From Hydrurus foetidus (taxonomy: Eukaryota), in NCBI GenBank assembly GCA_900617105.1, contig UYFQ01000001.1, positions 496,001-560,000 on the forward strand: DNA of 64,000 nt, given 5' to 3'. The notes below the pieces were generated by a model. That model saw only the letters and a program-made list of their open reading frames with translations. It ran no database searches and was not told the origin of the DNA. How positions within the stretch are numbered: the first letter of the stretch is position 1; each line of letters begins with the position of its first letter. This document shows positions 12,275 through 21,889 of the stretch, piece after piece. The position numbers and the translations under genes were made by a program.

Positions 12275-13048
12275 CTATCTTTTTAAAGTTAAAGTGCTTA
12301 AATTCAAAGGGTTGTTGGGTGTGTTCGCTGCGTGATGGCAGGCGTGGTGCCATTGCGCCAGCGCGGCAACCGTCACGCCGCTCAAATCTGGCAACACCCG
12401 CAGCGCTGCGCTGAAATCGTGGTGCTGCGTGTAGTGCGTGGGGGTGATGACGGTGGCCAGCCCGGCCGCGCTGGCCGCTTGCAAGCCGTTGCTGGAGTCT
12501 TCAAACGCCAGGCATTCAGCGGCGGGTAAATGCATGGCGACCAGCATCTGCAAGTACACCTGCGGGTGTGGTTTTTTGACCGGTGCCGTGGAGGCGTCTC
12601 CAATGGCGGCAAAGCTCAGGCGCCAATCAGCGCCCATCGCGGTGCGCAGCAGGGCGCTGATATTGACGGGCGAGGTGGTGGTGGCAATCGCCAGGGGCAA
12701 GCTCGCATCCAAAGCTTCATGGATCAAGGCCAGCACGCCGGGCCGCAAAGCCACGCCGCCGCTGTTGACCGTGGCTTCGTAGTGCGCGGTTTTCAGCTCA
12801 TGAATACGCGCTATGGTGTCTTGCACTGCATTGCCCGTAAGCGATGTGATGCCGGGGTTGACCTCGTGCCAGTAGTGCAAGATGCGCTCTTTACCACCTG
12901 AAATATCCAGCAGGCGGGTGTACAGCGCTTCGTCCCAATCCCAGCCAATGCCCATCTCTGCAAAGGCGTGGTTGAAGGCGGCACGGTGGGCGCTTTCGGT
13001 GTCGGCCAGGGTGCCGTCCACGTCAAAAATCAGGGCTTTGAGGGGCAT
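12275..13048 (-). CDS. cbbY: CbbY HAD-family sugar phosphatase
   Basis: [40 protein letters not shown]; first gene of cbb operon. Confidence 0.9.
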   Translation of the reverse strand: MPLKALIFDVDGTLADTESAHRAAFNHAFAEMGIGWDWDEALYTRLLDISGGKERILHYWHEVNPGITSLTGNAVQDTIARIHELKTAHYEATVNSGGVALRPGVLALIHEALDASLPLAIATTTSPVNISALLRTAMGADWRLSFAAIGDASTAPVKKPHPQVYLQMLVAMHLPAAECLAFEDSSNGLQAASAAGLATVITPTHYTQHHDFSAALRVLPDLSGVTVAALAQWHHACHHAANTPNNPLNLSTLTLKR

Positions 13049-13104
13049 ACAGAGGTGTTCCAGAAAAGTTACCAAGTTGTTACGGTCGAACTTTAGGCTG
13101 CCTT

Positions 13105-13157
13105 ATTCATAAATTCAAATCACCATTTTTTGGAATATCATCAGAAAAAAATGATGA
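13105..13157. promoter_or_regulatory. Divergent cbbR/cbb promoter region with candidate CbbR sites
   Basis: AT-rich spacer with TAA-N7-TCA (13110-13122, LysR T-N11-A type) and palindrome TCATCA-N8-TGATGA (13138-13157). Confidence 0.55.
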
Positions 13158-13184
13158 AAATTCAAAACACAGGAGATTTACCCC

Positions 13185-14096
13185 ATGCGCCGCTATACCC
13201 TCAAGCAAATCGAAACCTTCATGGAAGTCGCCCGCGAGCGCTCGGTGTCCAAAGCCGCCGAGCGCCTGTTCGTTACCCAGCCAGCGGTGTCTATGCAAAT
13301 CCGCCAGCTCGAAGACGCCTTCGGTTTGCCGCTGATTGAGCCAATTGGCCGCAACATTCGTTTGACGAACGCGGGCGAGGCGCTGCTGGCCCAGGCGATT
13401 GCTGCGATGGGCCAGTTCAAAGACATGGAAGCGCTGATGGCCGAGCATGTGGGTCTGAAAAAAGGCCGTATCGACTTGGCCGTCGTCACCACGGCCAAAT
13501 ATTTTGTTCCGATGTTGCTGGTTCGCTTTGGCAAGCTGTTCCCCGGTATCGACGTGCAGTTGAAAATCGACAACCGCGAAAACGTGCTGGGGATGCTGGC
13601 CCGCAACGAGGCCGATCTGGTGGTGATGGGGCGCGCCCCCAGCCACCTCGATTGCGAAGCCACCGTCTTCGCCACCAACCCCTTGAGCATCGTCGCCGCC
13701 CCCGACCATGTGCTGTCGCGCCGCAAACGGTTGGCGTTTTCAGCCTTGGGTGATCACGGCTTTGTGGTGCGCGAGCAGGGGTCAGGCACCCGCGCGGCGA
13801 TGGAGCGCCTGTTCGTCGAACACAAAACGCCGCTGAATGTGGTGATGGAAATGCCCAGCAACGAAACCATCAAACAAGCGGTGATGGCCGGCATGGGCTT
13901 GAGTTTTCTTTCCATGCGCACCGTGCGCCATGAGCTGGCCGGTGGCTACATTGCGCTGGTGGATGTCGAGGGATTACCTCAAATGGGCCACTGGTACGTG
14001 ACGCATTTGGCCGGTAAAAAACTGTCGCCAGTGACTAAGGCGTTTAAAGCGTTTTTGATTGAGCAAGGCGGGGCGTTGATGGATTCTTGGAGTTGA
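13185..14096 (+). CDS. cbbR: LysR-family Calvin-cycle regulator CbbR
   Basis: LysR HTH; VVTTAKYFVP, REQGSGTR, SNETIKQAVMAGMG characteristic of CbbR; divergent from cbb operon; GGAG RBS. Confidence 0.93.
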   Translation: MRRYTLKQIETFMEVARERSVSKAAERLFVTQPAVSMQIRQLEDAFGLPLIEPIGRNIRLTNAGEALLAQAIAAMGQFKDMEALMAEHVGLKKGRIDLAVVTTAKYFVPMLLVRFGKLFPGIDVQLKIDNRENVLGMLARNEADLVVMGRAPSHLDCEATVFATNPLSIVAAPDHVLSRRKRLAFSALGDHGFVVREQGSGTRAAMERLFVEHKTPLNVVMEMPSNETIKQAVMAGMGLSFLSMRTVRHELAGGYIALVDVEGLPQMGHWYVTHLAGKKLSPVTKAFKAFLIEQGGALMDSWS

Positions 14097-14128
14097 GGGG
14101 TATTCCAGTTGGTGGATGTCCCGCAAGC

Positions 14129-14173
14129 ATCAGGCGTACCTCAAGGTACCGTGGGTTCGAATCCAACCTTTCT
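14129..14173 (+). other. Degenerate 3' half of a class II tRNA (Ser-like); probable att-site scar
   Basis: ATCAGG-C-GTACC TCAA GGTAC (long variable arm hairpin)-C-GTGGG TTCGAAT CCAAC (T arm, one mismatch)-CTTTCT; no D arm or 5' half upstream, no CCA. Confidence 0.7.
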
Positions 14174-15523
14174 GACTTCTTTGCCCCAAGGGGTGATCTT
14201 GATGATCAGCACTGTGCTCAGGCCATACACGACCATGCCTGCGCCTACCAGGGCAAAGATCATCCAGACGGGCGACTGCCAAGAGGCCAGTAACCAGCCG
14301 CCCACAGCCACCACTAACAGGCGCAACGTGCCTGCGATCACGGGGCCAATGGCTTTGCCTGCGCCCAGTGAAGAGAAGTACAGGCACAAGCCCAGACCAA
14401 AAAAACCATAGAACGGCCCTGCCCAAAAAAAGTAGCTGCCTGCTGACGCGAGTACCGACGGGTCTTTGGAATAAAGCGAGGTCCACATATCGGGCGCCAA
14501 GGTCACGATCAGGCCCAACACGCCCAGCAGGGCGGTGGCTACTGCCGCGGCTGTCCAGGCGGCCCGTCGTGCGCGGGCAATGTGACCCGCCCCAATGGCC
14601 ATGCCCACCAAGGGCACCGAGGCCACGCCCACAGCAAATGCAATGGGCACCAACAAAAACTCCAAGCGTGTGCCGATGCCATAACCCGCCAAAGCCTCGG
14701 TGCCAAACGTGGCCACCAAGCGGGTTAAGATCAAAATGGTCAGCACCGTTTGAAACGGCGAAATGCACGCCACCGCACCCACCCGCAAAATGTCCATCAG
14801 GTGCTTGCGGTCCAGTGGCGTGTTGCGCACCGTGAGGTGAATCTTGCCGCGCCCGGACGACAGGTACACCCACAAAAACACCGCCCCGCCCAGGTTGGCC
14901 AACACACCGCCTGCCGCTACACCGTGCATGCCCTGTTGCGGCAGCGGCCCCCAACCCAAGCCCAACGCCCCACCCAGCAGCACCTGTGCCAAGGCCACCA
15001 CAAACAGCGTGATCGATGGCACTTTCATGTTGCCACTGCCGCGAATCACCGACGAAAGGGTGTTCACGATCCACACAAAGATGGAGCCGACAAAGGCCAC
15101 CTCGCAATACGCCACGGCTTGGGCCAGGGCCTCCCCCTTGCCGCCGAGTGCCGACATCATGGCCTCGCCCAACACCTCCATCAACAACATGAACACCAGG
15201 CCCAGCGAAGCGCCAATCCACAAGGCATGCACCGCCAGCACATTGGCCCGCGCGGCGTCGCCCGCGCCCAAAGCGCGGCTGATGGCAGACGACATACCGC
15301 CGCCCATGGCTCCAGCCGACAACATGGCCTGCAGCATCACAAACGGAAACACCAACGCCATGCCCGCCAAGGCCGGGGCACCAAAGTGCCCCACGTAGCT
15401 GGTCTCAGCAATGGCCGCCAGTGCCGTGGCCAACATGGCCACCATGTTGGGCAAAGAAAAGCGCAACAAGGTGGGCAAGATCGGCCCGGTCAGCAAAGGG
15501 TTGGCTGCAGCGGGTGAATTCAT
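14141..15523 (-). CDS. MATE family efflux transporter
   Basis: GPILPTLLRFSLP start, two MatE repeats (GAGD, RGSGNMKVP, ALAGYGIG.RLE), about 12 hydrophobic segments. Confidence 0.9.
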   Translation of the reverse strand: MNSPAAANPLLTGPILPTLLRFSLPNMVAMLATALAAIAETSYVGHFGAPALAGMALVFPFVMLQAMLSAGAMGGGMSSAISRALGAGDAARANVLAVHALWIGASLGLVFMLLMEVLGEAMMSALGGKGEALAQAVAYCEVAFVGSIFVWIVNTLSSVIRGSGNMKVPSITLFVVALAQVLLGGALGLGWGPLPQQGMHGVAAGGVLANLGGAVFLWVYLSSGRGKIHLTVRNTPLDRKHLMDILRVGAVACISPFQTVLTILILTRLVATFGTEALAGYGIGTRLEFLLVPIAFAVGVASVPLVGMAIGAGHIARARRAAWTAAAVATALLGVLGLIVTLAPDMWTSLYSKDPSVLASAGSYFFWAGPFYGFFGLGLCLYFSSLGAGKAIGPVIAGTLRLLVVAVGGWLLASWQSPVWMIFALVGAGMVVYGLSTVLIIKITPWGKEVRKVGFEPTVP

Positions 15524-15596
15524 GGGTTTTCCGTTCAGGGGTCAGAGCAAAGCCCTGGAACTGTCGATCAAGGCAGGGGGGCTGGTCCAGTTCATG

Positions 15597-16031
15597 TCAA
15601 ATCCTTTTGATGAAGCAGGTGCAGGTGGCGTGCCCAAAGAGCTTGCCGTCGAGGGACTTGATTGTTCCTTCAGCCACACCCAGCGATTTGGATACATGGA
15701 TCACACGGCCCTCTGCGACCAAATCCACATCGGGTGGGATGGGGCGCAGCATCTTGATGTTCAGGTCGACAGTGCCATAACCCACGCCGGCTTCCAGCAT
15801 CGTGTGCACCGCGCATCCGGTCACAGAGTCAAGGACAGTTGCTGCGAACCCGCCATGCACGCCGCCCAATGGGTTGAGGTGACGCCCATCGGCGCGCACT
15901 GTCATGCGAATCATCCCAGCCTCCAAGGCTGTGACTTGCATGGGTATGGTCTCGCTGATGGATGCTTTGGGCAGATGGCCGTCGTGCATGGCTTGCAGCA
16001 ATTCGAGACCGGTCATGGTAATAGGGTTCAC
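15597..16031 (-). CDS. PaaI family (hotdog-fold) thioesterase
   Basis: HLNPLGGVHGGFAATVLDS motif; GTG start after GAAGGAG. Confidence 0.9.
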   Translation of the reverse strand: MNPITMTGLELLQAMHDGHLPKASISETIPMQVTALEAGMIRMTVRADGRHLNPLGGVHGGFAATVLDSVTGCAVHTMLEAGVGYGTVDLNIKMLRPIPPDVDLVAEGRVIHVSKSLGVAEGTIKSLDGKLFGHATCTCFIKRI

Positions 16032-16060
16032 GGTGTATCTCTCCTTCAAATGAAGCTATG

Positions 16061-16101
16061 GGTTCTAAATTGGAACTGATTGTTGGTTCTTATTTGGAAC
16101 T
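16061..16101. promoter_or_regulatory. Tandem palindromic operators, likely for the HxlR regulator
   Basis: GGTTCtaaattgGAACT and GGTTCttatttgGAACT, 24-bp period, between divergent genes. Confidence 0.65.
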
Positions 16102-16139
16102 TGTCAAGTAAGATGGCGTCATAACGTCAAAGGATCACT

Positions 16140-16589
16140 GTGAAATGGAGCGAGGTTGGTGAGGTCAATTGCTCGGTCGCGCGCACCTTGTCGGTGGTGG
16201 GTGACCGTTGGACGCTGCTCGTTCTGCGCAACGCCTTCTTGGGTGTGCGCCGCTTTGACGATTTCTACGCCAGCTTGGGCGTGACCCGCCATGTGCTGGC
16301 GTCACGTTTGGCGCGTTTGGTCGAGTCCGGTGTTTTTGACAAGGTGTCCTACCAGGCTCACCCGCCTCGGTTTGAATACCGCCTGACTGAAAAAGGGCGC
16401 GATCTCTACAGTGTCATCTCCACTCTGGCCATGTGGGGTGACCGTTGGATGGACGAGGGGCGCGGAGCACCCTTGCTCTTCAAACACATCAACTGTGGCA
16501 AGCGGACGCATCCTCAGTTGGTGTGCTCTGAATGCGGCGAGCGCATTGATCCGCGCCACATACATGTGGAGCCGGGGCCCGGCACTTAA
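16140..16589 (+). CDS. HxlR/DUF24 winged-helix regulator
   Basis: CSVARTL.VVGDRWTLL, GVRRFDDF, EYRLTEKG, C-terminal H..CG..CSEC. Confidence 0.92.
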   Translation: MKWSEVGEVNCSVARTLSVVGDRWTLLVLRNAFLGVRRFDDFYASLGVTRHVLASRLARLVESGVFDKVSYQAHPPRFEYRLTEKGRDLYSVISTLAMWGDRWMDEGRGAPLLFKHINCGKRTHPQLVCSECGERIDPRHIHVEPGPGT

Positions 16590-16797
16590 TGTGAAAGTAG
16601 ACCACCAAACAGAAACGCCGCAACTTCGGTTCCTTTTCTACGCTGGATAAACACCTCGACCTTTCATGATCTTCATCGCTCGTCATACAGCTTTATGTCA
16701 GCGGCACCCGCAAGCGGGAGATGCTTGGTGCCATCTCCGGTCGTGGGCGGAGGTCTGCTTACCCACAAGGTATGCGGCATTTTCTGTTGCTTTTGTT

Positions 16798-17445
16798 TTA
16801 CAAAACCCCAGCCACGACATTGACTGTGATGCCAATGATGATGATGTTGAAAAAGAAAGACACCACGCTGTGCAGCATCACCAGTCGGCGCATGGGGCTG
16901 GTGTTGACGGTCACGTCTGAGGTTTGGCAGCACATGCTCAGTGTGGCTGCGAAGTAGAGAAAATCCCAATAATCGGGGTCTGGTGTGCTTGGGAAGCTCA
17001 ATTGACCTTCTTGGGTGTAGCAGTTGTGGGCGTAGTGCTGCGAAAAGACAAAGGCCACGAACAACCAGGACAACAAAATAGAGCTGCTTGCCAAGCCAAT
17101 ATCCCAAAATGATCTCTCTTTGGCGGCGTGTAACTCAACCGACAGCGCACCTATCACCACGCCCACCACGCACAGGTTGGTAACCAGCACCATCCATTTC
17201 CCTTCTTCTTGCCTACTGGCCCGGTGCCGCAGCGTGGCCGTGGTGGCCTGAGACATCAAGCGGAGAATCATCCCTACATACAAGGCGGCACCGATGTTGA
17301 ACGCAATCAGCATGGCTTTGGTGCTTGGCATGCACGTGCCGAGTGCGAAAAATACAGCAACGGCTACCGCTGCAGAGGTCAGCAAGCGGGGGCGGCTTAT
17401 GGTTTTGGCCATCCAAATAGAGAGGTTCTGGCGCAGGGTGTTCAT
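16798..17445 (-). CDS. DUF1345 membrane protein
   Basis: LSW..V...F..HYAH, PDYWDFLYF, QTSDV, HSVVSFFFN. Confidence 0.85.
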   Translation of the reverse strand: MNTLRQNLSIWMAKTISRPRLLTSAAVAVAVFFALGTCMPSTKAMLIAFNIGAALYVGMILRLMSQATTATLRHRASRQEEGKWMVLVTNLCVVGVVIGALSVELHAAKERSFWDIGLASSSILLSWLFVAFVFSQHYAHNCYTQEGQLSFPSTPDPDYWDFLYFAATLSMCCQTSDVTVNTSPMRRLVMLHSVVSFFFNIIIIGITVNVVAGVL

Positions 17446-17471
17446 GGGGTGAGTATCTGCTACGTCCAACG

Positions 17472-17500
17472 AAAAAACCCACCGGTCAGGGTGGGTTTTT
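17472..17500. terminator. Intrinsic terminator (bidirectional form)
   Basis: AAAAAACCCACC-ggtcag-GGTGGGTTTTT downstream of 17526-18020 gene. Confidence 0.8.
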
Positions 17501-17525
17501 GGGGGCAAAAAGCGGAGCAGGGGGC

Positions 17526-18020
17526 TCAGCCGCGTTCCGCCATGTGGTCTTTCATTTTGACCATGGCGATGGCCAGCGCTGCACCACCCAAGGTTTTGAT
17601 GAGGCTGGAATGCTCGGCGTAGAAGCTGCCAAGCTGGTCGGCCAAAGCCGGGCTTTGCTGGTGGGCTTCGTTCACGATCTCTTGCACCTGCTGGGGTGAG
17701 AGCTGCGAGGCTTGGGCAGGGGTGATTTGCGTGGTTCCTGGGGACATCATGCGGCCCATCACACCACCGGCGAGAGCGGTCAACGCTGCTGGCCCTAAAG
17801 TCGTGAGCACTTGGTTCAACATGCCGGCCTGCTGGTTGCCGTTGGAGTTGCCAAACAACTGGCCCACCATGCTGCCGATATCAGGCGTTTGGTCTGAGCG
17901 GAAGGCTTCACCCAGGCCTTTGCCCATCACATCGGTGGGTGCATTGGCTGCAATATGGTCAAAGTGCTGGTCTGCGGACGCGCCGCTGACGACTTGCGAG
18001 AGGATGTCAAAAATACCCAT
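17526..18020 (-). CDS. Conserved hypothetical protein
   Basis: 164 aa, good codon usage, AGGA RBS; AFRSDQTP and IKTLGGAALAI segments. Confidence 0.7.
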   Translation of the reverse strand: MGIFDILSQVVSGASADQHFDHIAANAPTDVMGKGLGEAFRSDQTPDIGSMVGQLFGNSNGNQQAGMLNQVLTTLGPAALTALAGGVMGRMMSPGTTQITPAQASQLSPQQVQEIVNEAHQQSPALADQLGSFYAEHSSLIKTLGGAALAIAMVKMKDHMAERG

Positions 18021-18079
18021 GGTGTAGTTCCTGTTTGTCCTGGTAGCGAGGGGGCGAGCGTCAGTACGGTGAGTCCGTC

Positions 18080-18328
18080 TTATTTGCGTGTCACCATGCC
18101 GTAAGCCAGCAGCAAGACCGCAGCACCCACCACAGAGCCAATAAAGCCTGCCATTTGACCTGTGTGGTAGAGCCCCAGCATCTCGCCCAAATAGCTGGCA
18201 ACCACTGAGCCTGCGATGCCCAATACCGCTGTCATGAAAAAGCCGCTAGGGCCGCTGCCGGGCGTAACCGCCTTGGCGATAAGGCCTGCAAGGAAGCCGA
18301 TAACGATAGTCCAGATCAAATGCATCAT
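18080..18328 (-). CDS. GlsB/YeaQ/YmgE (transglycosylase-associated) membrane protein
   Basis: IVIGFLAGLIAK...PG, LGIAGS, GFIGSVVGA. Confidence 0.9.
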   Translation of the reverse strand: MMHLIWTIVIGFLAGLIAKAVTPGSGPSGFFMTAVLGIAGSVVASYLGEMLGLYHTGQMAGFIGSVVGAAVLLLAYGMVTRK

Positions 18329-18460
18329 TGTGAGTACTCCAAATTTAGTGCGAAAAATCAGAGCTACTGTAACGACGAGGGTGCGCACACGATAAGCAAC
18401 TTTTCGGCAAGATGTGATGAAACGCACAGTTCGCTCCATCTTCACACCGCTTAACGCTGC

Positions 18461-19386
18461 TCAAGCGGGTTGTTCACCCAACAAAAGGTATTCCATCAGC
18501 GCTTTTTGGACGTGCAAGCGGTTTTCGGCCTCTTCCCACACCACTGATTGCGGGCCGTCGATCACGTCGGCCTCGACTTCTTCGCCCCGGTGGGCGGGCA
18601 GGCAGTGCATGAAGAGGGCATCAGGCTTGGCAGCTCGCATCATGTCGGTGTCCACGCGCCAGTCGGCAAAGGCTTTTTTTCGGGCTTCGTTTTCGGCCTC
18701 ATAGCCCATGCTGGTCCACACATCGGTGGTGACAAGATCCGCCCCTGCGCAGGCGGCCATGGGGTCGGTAAAGACTTTGTAGCTGTCGGTAGAGCGAATG
18801 CCCGCCACCGATTGGTCTACGCCATAGCCACTGGGGGTGCTCAGGTGGACGGTAAAACCCAAAACTTCGCTGGCTTGCAACCAGGTGTTGGCCATGTTGT
18901 TGCCGTCCCCCACCCACGCCACTGTTTTGCCTTGGATAGAACCCCGGTGCTCAATGAAGGTAAAGATGTCGGCCAGAATTTGGCAGGGGTGAAATTCGTT
19001 GGTCAGGCCGTTGATAACGGGCACACGCGAATGCGCGGCGAACGCTTCAATTTTGGTGTGCTCGTAGGTGCGGATCATCACCAAATCAACCATGCGGCTG
19101 ATGACTTTAGCGCTGTCTTCAATCGGTTCTGCGCGTCCGAGTTGGCTGTCACCGGTGGTCAGGTGTACCACGCTGCCGCCCAGCTGGTACATGCCGGCCT
19201 CAAAGCTCACCCGTGTGCGGGTTGAGGCTTTCTCGAAAATCATCGCCAGGTACGGTCTTCCAGCGGATGGTGCTTTTCGTAGGCTTTGAATTTCTTTTTG
19301 ATCAGCGCGGCGCGGGCAAACACATAGGCGTACTCGGCGGCGGTGAAGTCATTGAATTGCAGGTAATGTTTCAGAGCGGGTTTCAT
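18461..19386 (-). pseudogene. argF: Ornithine carbamoyltransferase with a 1-bp frameshift (pseudogene or sequencing error)
   Basis: N-terminus MKPALKHYLQFNDF..EDRT starts at 19386 (ATGA overlap with argD) but reads ACC TGG CGA TGA; one extra C near 19250 restores T-L-A-MIFEKASTRTR; HPCQ, SMG, HCLP intact. Confidence 0.85.
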
Positions 19387-20585
19387 AGCTGTTCAGACAA
19401 AAGTTGCTTGATCTGGGGCACCAGGATGCTGATGATTTCATCGGCTTCTGCGAGGGTCAAAATCAACGGCGGCACCAGGCGGATAACCGTATCGGCGGTC
19501 ACGCTGATGAGCAGGCCTTTGTCCGCGCAGCGCTGCACCAGCACGCCGCAGGGTTGTACCAGCTCAACGCCAATCATCAGGCCTTGGCCGCGAATATCTT
19601 TGATGCCTGCCAACCCGCTCAGCGCGCTTTGCAAGCCGTCTTTCAAGTGAGCACCTACCTTTGCGGCGTTGTCCAATAGGCCATCGTCTTCCATGATGCG
19701 GATGGTTTCTACCCCGGCACGCATCGCCAAGGGGTTGCCGCCAAACGTCGTGCCGTGGTTGCCGGGCTGGAAGATGTGGGCCGCTTTGGGGCCCGCCACC
19801 ACAGCACCAATAGGGATGCCTGAGCCCAGGCCTTTGGCTAAGGGCATCACGTCCGGCAAGATACCGGCCCATTGGTGGGCAAACCATTTGCCAGTACGGC
19901 CCATACCGCACTGCACTTCGTCAATCATCAACAGCCAATCGCGCTCATCGCACAGCGCCCGCACGGCTTTCAGGTACTCCACGCGCATCGGGTTGACGCC
20001 GCCTTCGCCCTGGATGGTTTCAAAAAACACGGCGGTCACATTGGGGTTGCCTTCAGTGGCTTTTTTCAGCACTTCAATGTCATTTAACGGGACGCGGATG
20101 AAGCCTTCCACCAAGGGGCCAAAGCCTTTTTGGACTTTTTCGTTGCCTGTTGCGCTGAGCGTTGCAATGCTGCGGCCATGAAAAGCTTTTTCGTACACCA
20201 CGATTTCAGGGCGCTCAATGCCTTTGTCATGGCCGAATTTGCGGGCCAGCTTCAGCGCCGCTTCGTTGGCTTCCAGGCCTGTGCTGCAAAAGAAAGCATT
20301 CGTCAGGCCAGACAGCTTCACCAGCTTGGCTGCCAGCCGTTCTTGGTTAGGCACATGGTAGTAGTTGGAGCTGTGGATGATTTTGGTTAACTGGTCTTGC
20401 AGCGCAGGCACCAGTTTGGGGTGGTTGTGCCCCAAAGTATTGACGGCGATGCCGCCCAGTGCGTCCAGGTAGGCATTTCCGTTCATATCCCACACGCGGC
20501 AGCCTTTGCCATGCGACAGCGCAATCGGCAAGCGGCCATAGGTGTTCATGGTGTGGGGCGATGCAGCCTCAATGTGTGCGGACAT
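19383..20585 (-). CDS. argD: Acetylornithine aminotransferase
   Basis: FHGRS, ETIQGEGG, DEVQCGMGRTG, LAKGLG, HGTTFGGNP; upstream of argF. Confidence 0.93.
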   Translation of the reverse strand: MSAHIEAASPHTMNTYGRLPIALSHGKGCRVWDMNGNAYLDALGGIAVNTLGHNHPKLVPALQDQLTKIIHSSNYYHVPNQERLAAKLVKLSGLTNAFFCSTGLEANEAALKLARKFGHDKGIERPEIVVYEKAFHGRSIATLSATGNEKVQKGFGPLVEGFIRVPLNDIEVLKKATEGNPNVTAVFFETIQGEGGVNPMRVEYLKAVRALCDERDWLLMIDEVQCGMGRTGKWFAHQWAGILPDVMPLAKGLGSGIPIGAVVAGPKAAHIFQPGNHGTTFGGNPLAMRAGVETIRIMEDDGLLDNAAKVGAHLKDGLQSALSGLAGIKDIRGQGLMIGVELVQPCGVLVQRCADKGLLISVTADTVIRLVPPLILTLAEADEIISILVPQIKQLLSEQL

Positions 20586-20759
20586 GGGATAACTCCAAAA
20601 AATCAAAAATATAAAAATCAAAGAAGCTGTTCAACCCCAAGCAAGGCGGAAAGCAGGGCCAATGGGTTTTAATTCTAGGCGGTGCGCTGACGGCGGTTGA
20701 TGAGCCTTTTGCATGACTGCAATGCCCTTGCTGAAAGGTATCAGTGCGCTGCGCCAAAG

Positions 20760-20785
20760 AAAAAGCCACCCGAAGGTGGCTTTTT
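20760..20785. terminator. Intrinsic terminator of porin gene
   Basis: AAAAAGCCACC-CGAA-GGTGGCTTTTT. Confidence 0.9.
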
Positions 20786-20815
20786 AGCGGTATTCGGTGA
20801 AACTCAGCAGCAGTA

Positions 20816-21889
20816 TCAGAAGCTGTGTCGCACGCCGAACTGCATGCCTGAACTGCTGCCACCCGCATCGGTCACGGCAACACCATCCCATACGCTGTAG
20901 GCTTTCCCTGTGCCTTTGTTTTTCACCTGAGATACAGCGGTGTACAGCGCTGTACGCTTGGACAGGTTGTAAACATAGCCAAGCGTCCATTGATTCGCAT
21001 CATTGGCTACCCCTTCCGCTTTCACCATGGTGTAAGAGAAACGGATTTCACCCAGGCCCAGCGTGTATTGAGTACCGACCATGTTGGCCGTGGTTTTGGT
21101 TACCCCCACTTTGTTTTGACCCCAGAGGTACATGAGTTTTGCAGGGCCAAAGGCGTAGTTAGCCGCAAAGTTACTTTGGGTGTAATCACCTGTAGCGTAG
21201 TTGGTCTTGCCTGTAGCGATGGCCAAATTCAATGGGCCTGCGCCGTAACCAAGGCGAGCGCCTAAATAGTTACCGTTTTTCTCTGTGCCACCTGTTGCAT
21301 TGCTCGCCTGCTCACCCATGGCGTACATCACATTGCCAGTGAAGCCGCCTAAGTCTGAAGGCAAAAAGTAATTGATAGCATTAGAGGCACGTACATTGGT
21401 GCGGGCTGTGGTTCCACCTGCCGCTTTGGGGTAAAACATTTGGCCTGCATTGCCCAAACCATTGGTCCCAAAGGGGGTGGCTACGCTCAAGTTGGTGAAA
21501 GTGGGCGTGTAGTCACGGCCCAAACGAACTTCACCAAATTTGCCAGATAAGCCGACCGTAGAGCGGCGACCAAACGTCAACCCACCAGGATTGACCGAAT
21601 CCACGTTATTGGTGCTGGTGCTGCCACCCACGCCGGAATCAGGCGTAATAGCGGCTTCAAGCCAAAAATTAGCGTTCAAACCGTCACCGAGATCTTCTGT
21701 TCCCCGAAAACCAAGACGACTGGAGGTATTACCATCAGCTGTCAATGACGACTGTGAGCCTGAGCCGCTGGCGCGTGTATTCAGGTAAGCCAGATCTAGC
21801 ACACCAAACACTTGAACAGACGATTGCGCCTGGGCCAAGCTGGCGACAGATGACAAAGCGGCAATGGCGAGGATAGGGGTGATTTTCAT
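20816..21889 (-). CDS. Gram-negative porin (Omp32/Neisseria type)
   Basis: Signal peptide AQA-QSSV, SRLGFRGTEDLG, YNLSKRTALY, C-terminal RHSF. Confidence 0.93.
   Translation of the reverse strand: MKITPILAIAALSSVASLAQAQSSVQVFGVLDLAYLNTRASGSGSQSSLTADGNTSSRLGFRGTEDLGDGLNANFWLEAAITPDSGVGGSTSTNNVDSVNPGGLTFGRRSTVGLSGKFGEVRLGRDYTPTFTNLSVATPFGTNGLGNAGQMFYPKAAGGTTARTNVRASNAINYFLPSDLGGFTGNVMYAMGEQASNATGGTEKNGNYLGARLGYGAGPLNLAIATGKTNYATGDYTQSNFAANYAFGPAKLMYLWGQNKVGVTKTTANMVGTQYTLGLGEIRFSYTMVKAEGVANDANQWTLGYVYNLSKRTALYTAVSQVKNKGTGKAYSVWDGVAVTDAGGSSSGMQFGVRHSF

Noticed and set aside
14090..14175. Intact tRNA gene
   Set aside because: No D arm, no 5' acceptor or anticodon strand, no CCA; only the 3' half is present
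16680..16740. Fluoride riboswitch (minus strand begins GGAGATGGCA)
   Set aside because: Lacks the GCTRATGA..CTAC 3' part and is not upstream of a fluoride-related gene
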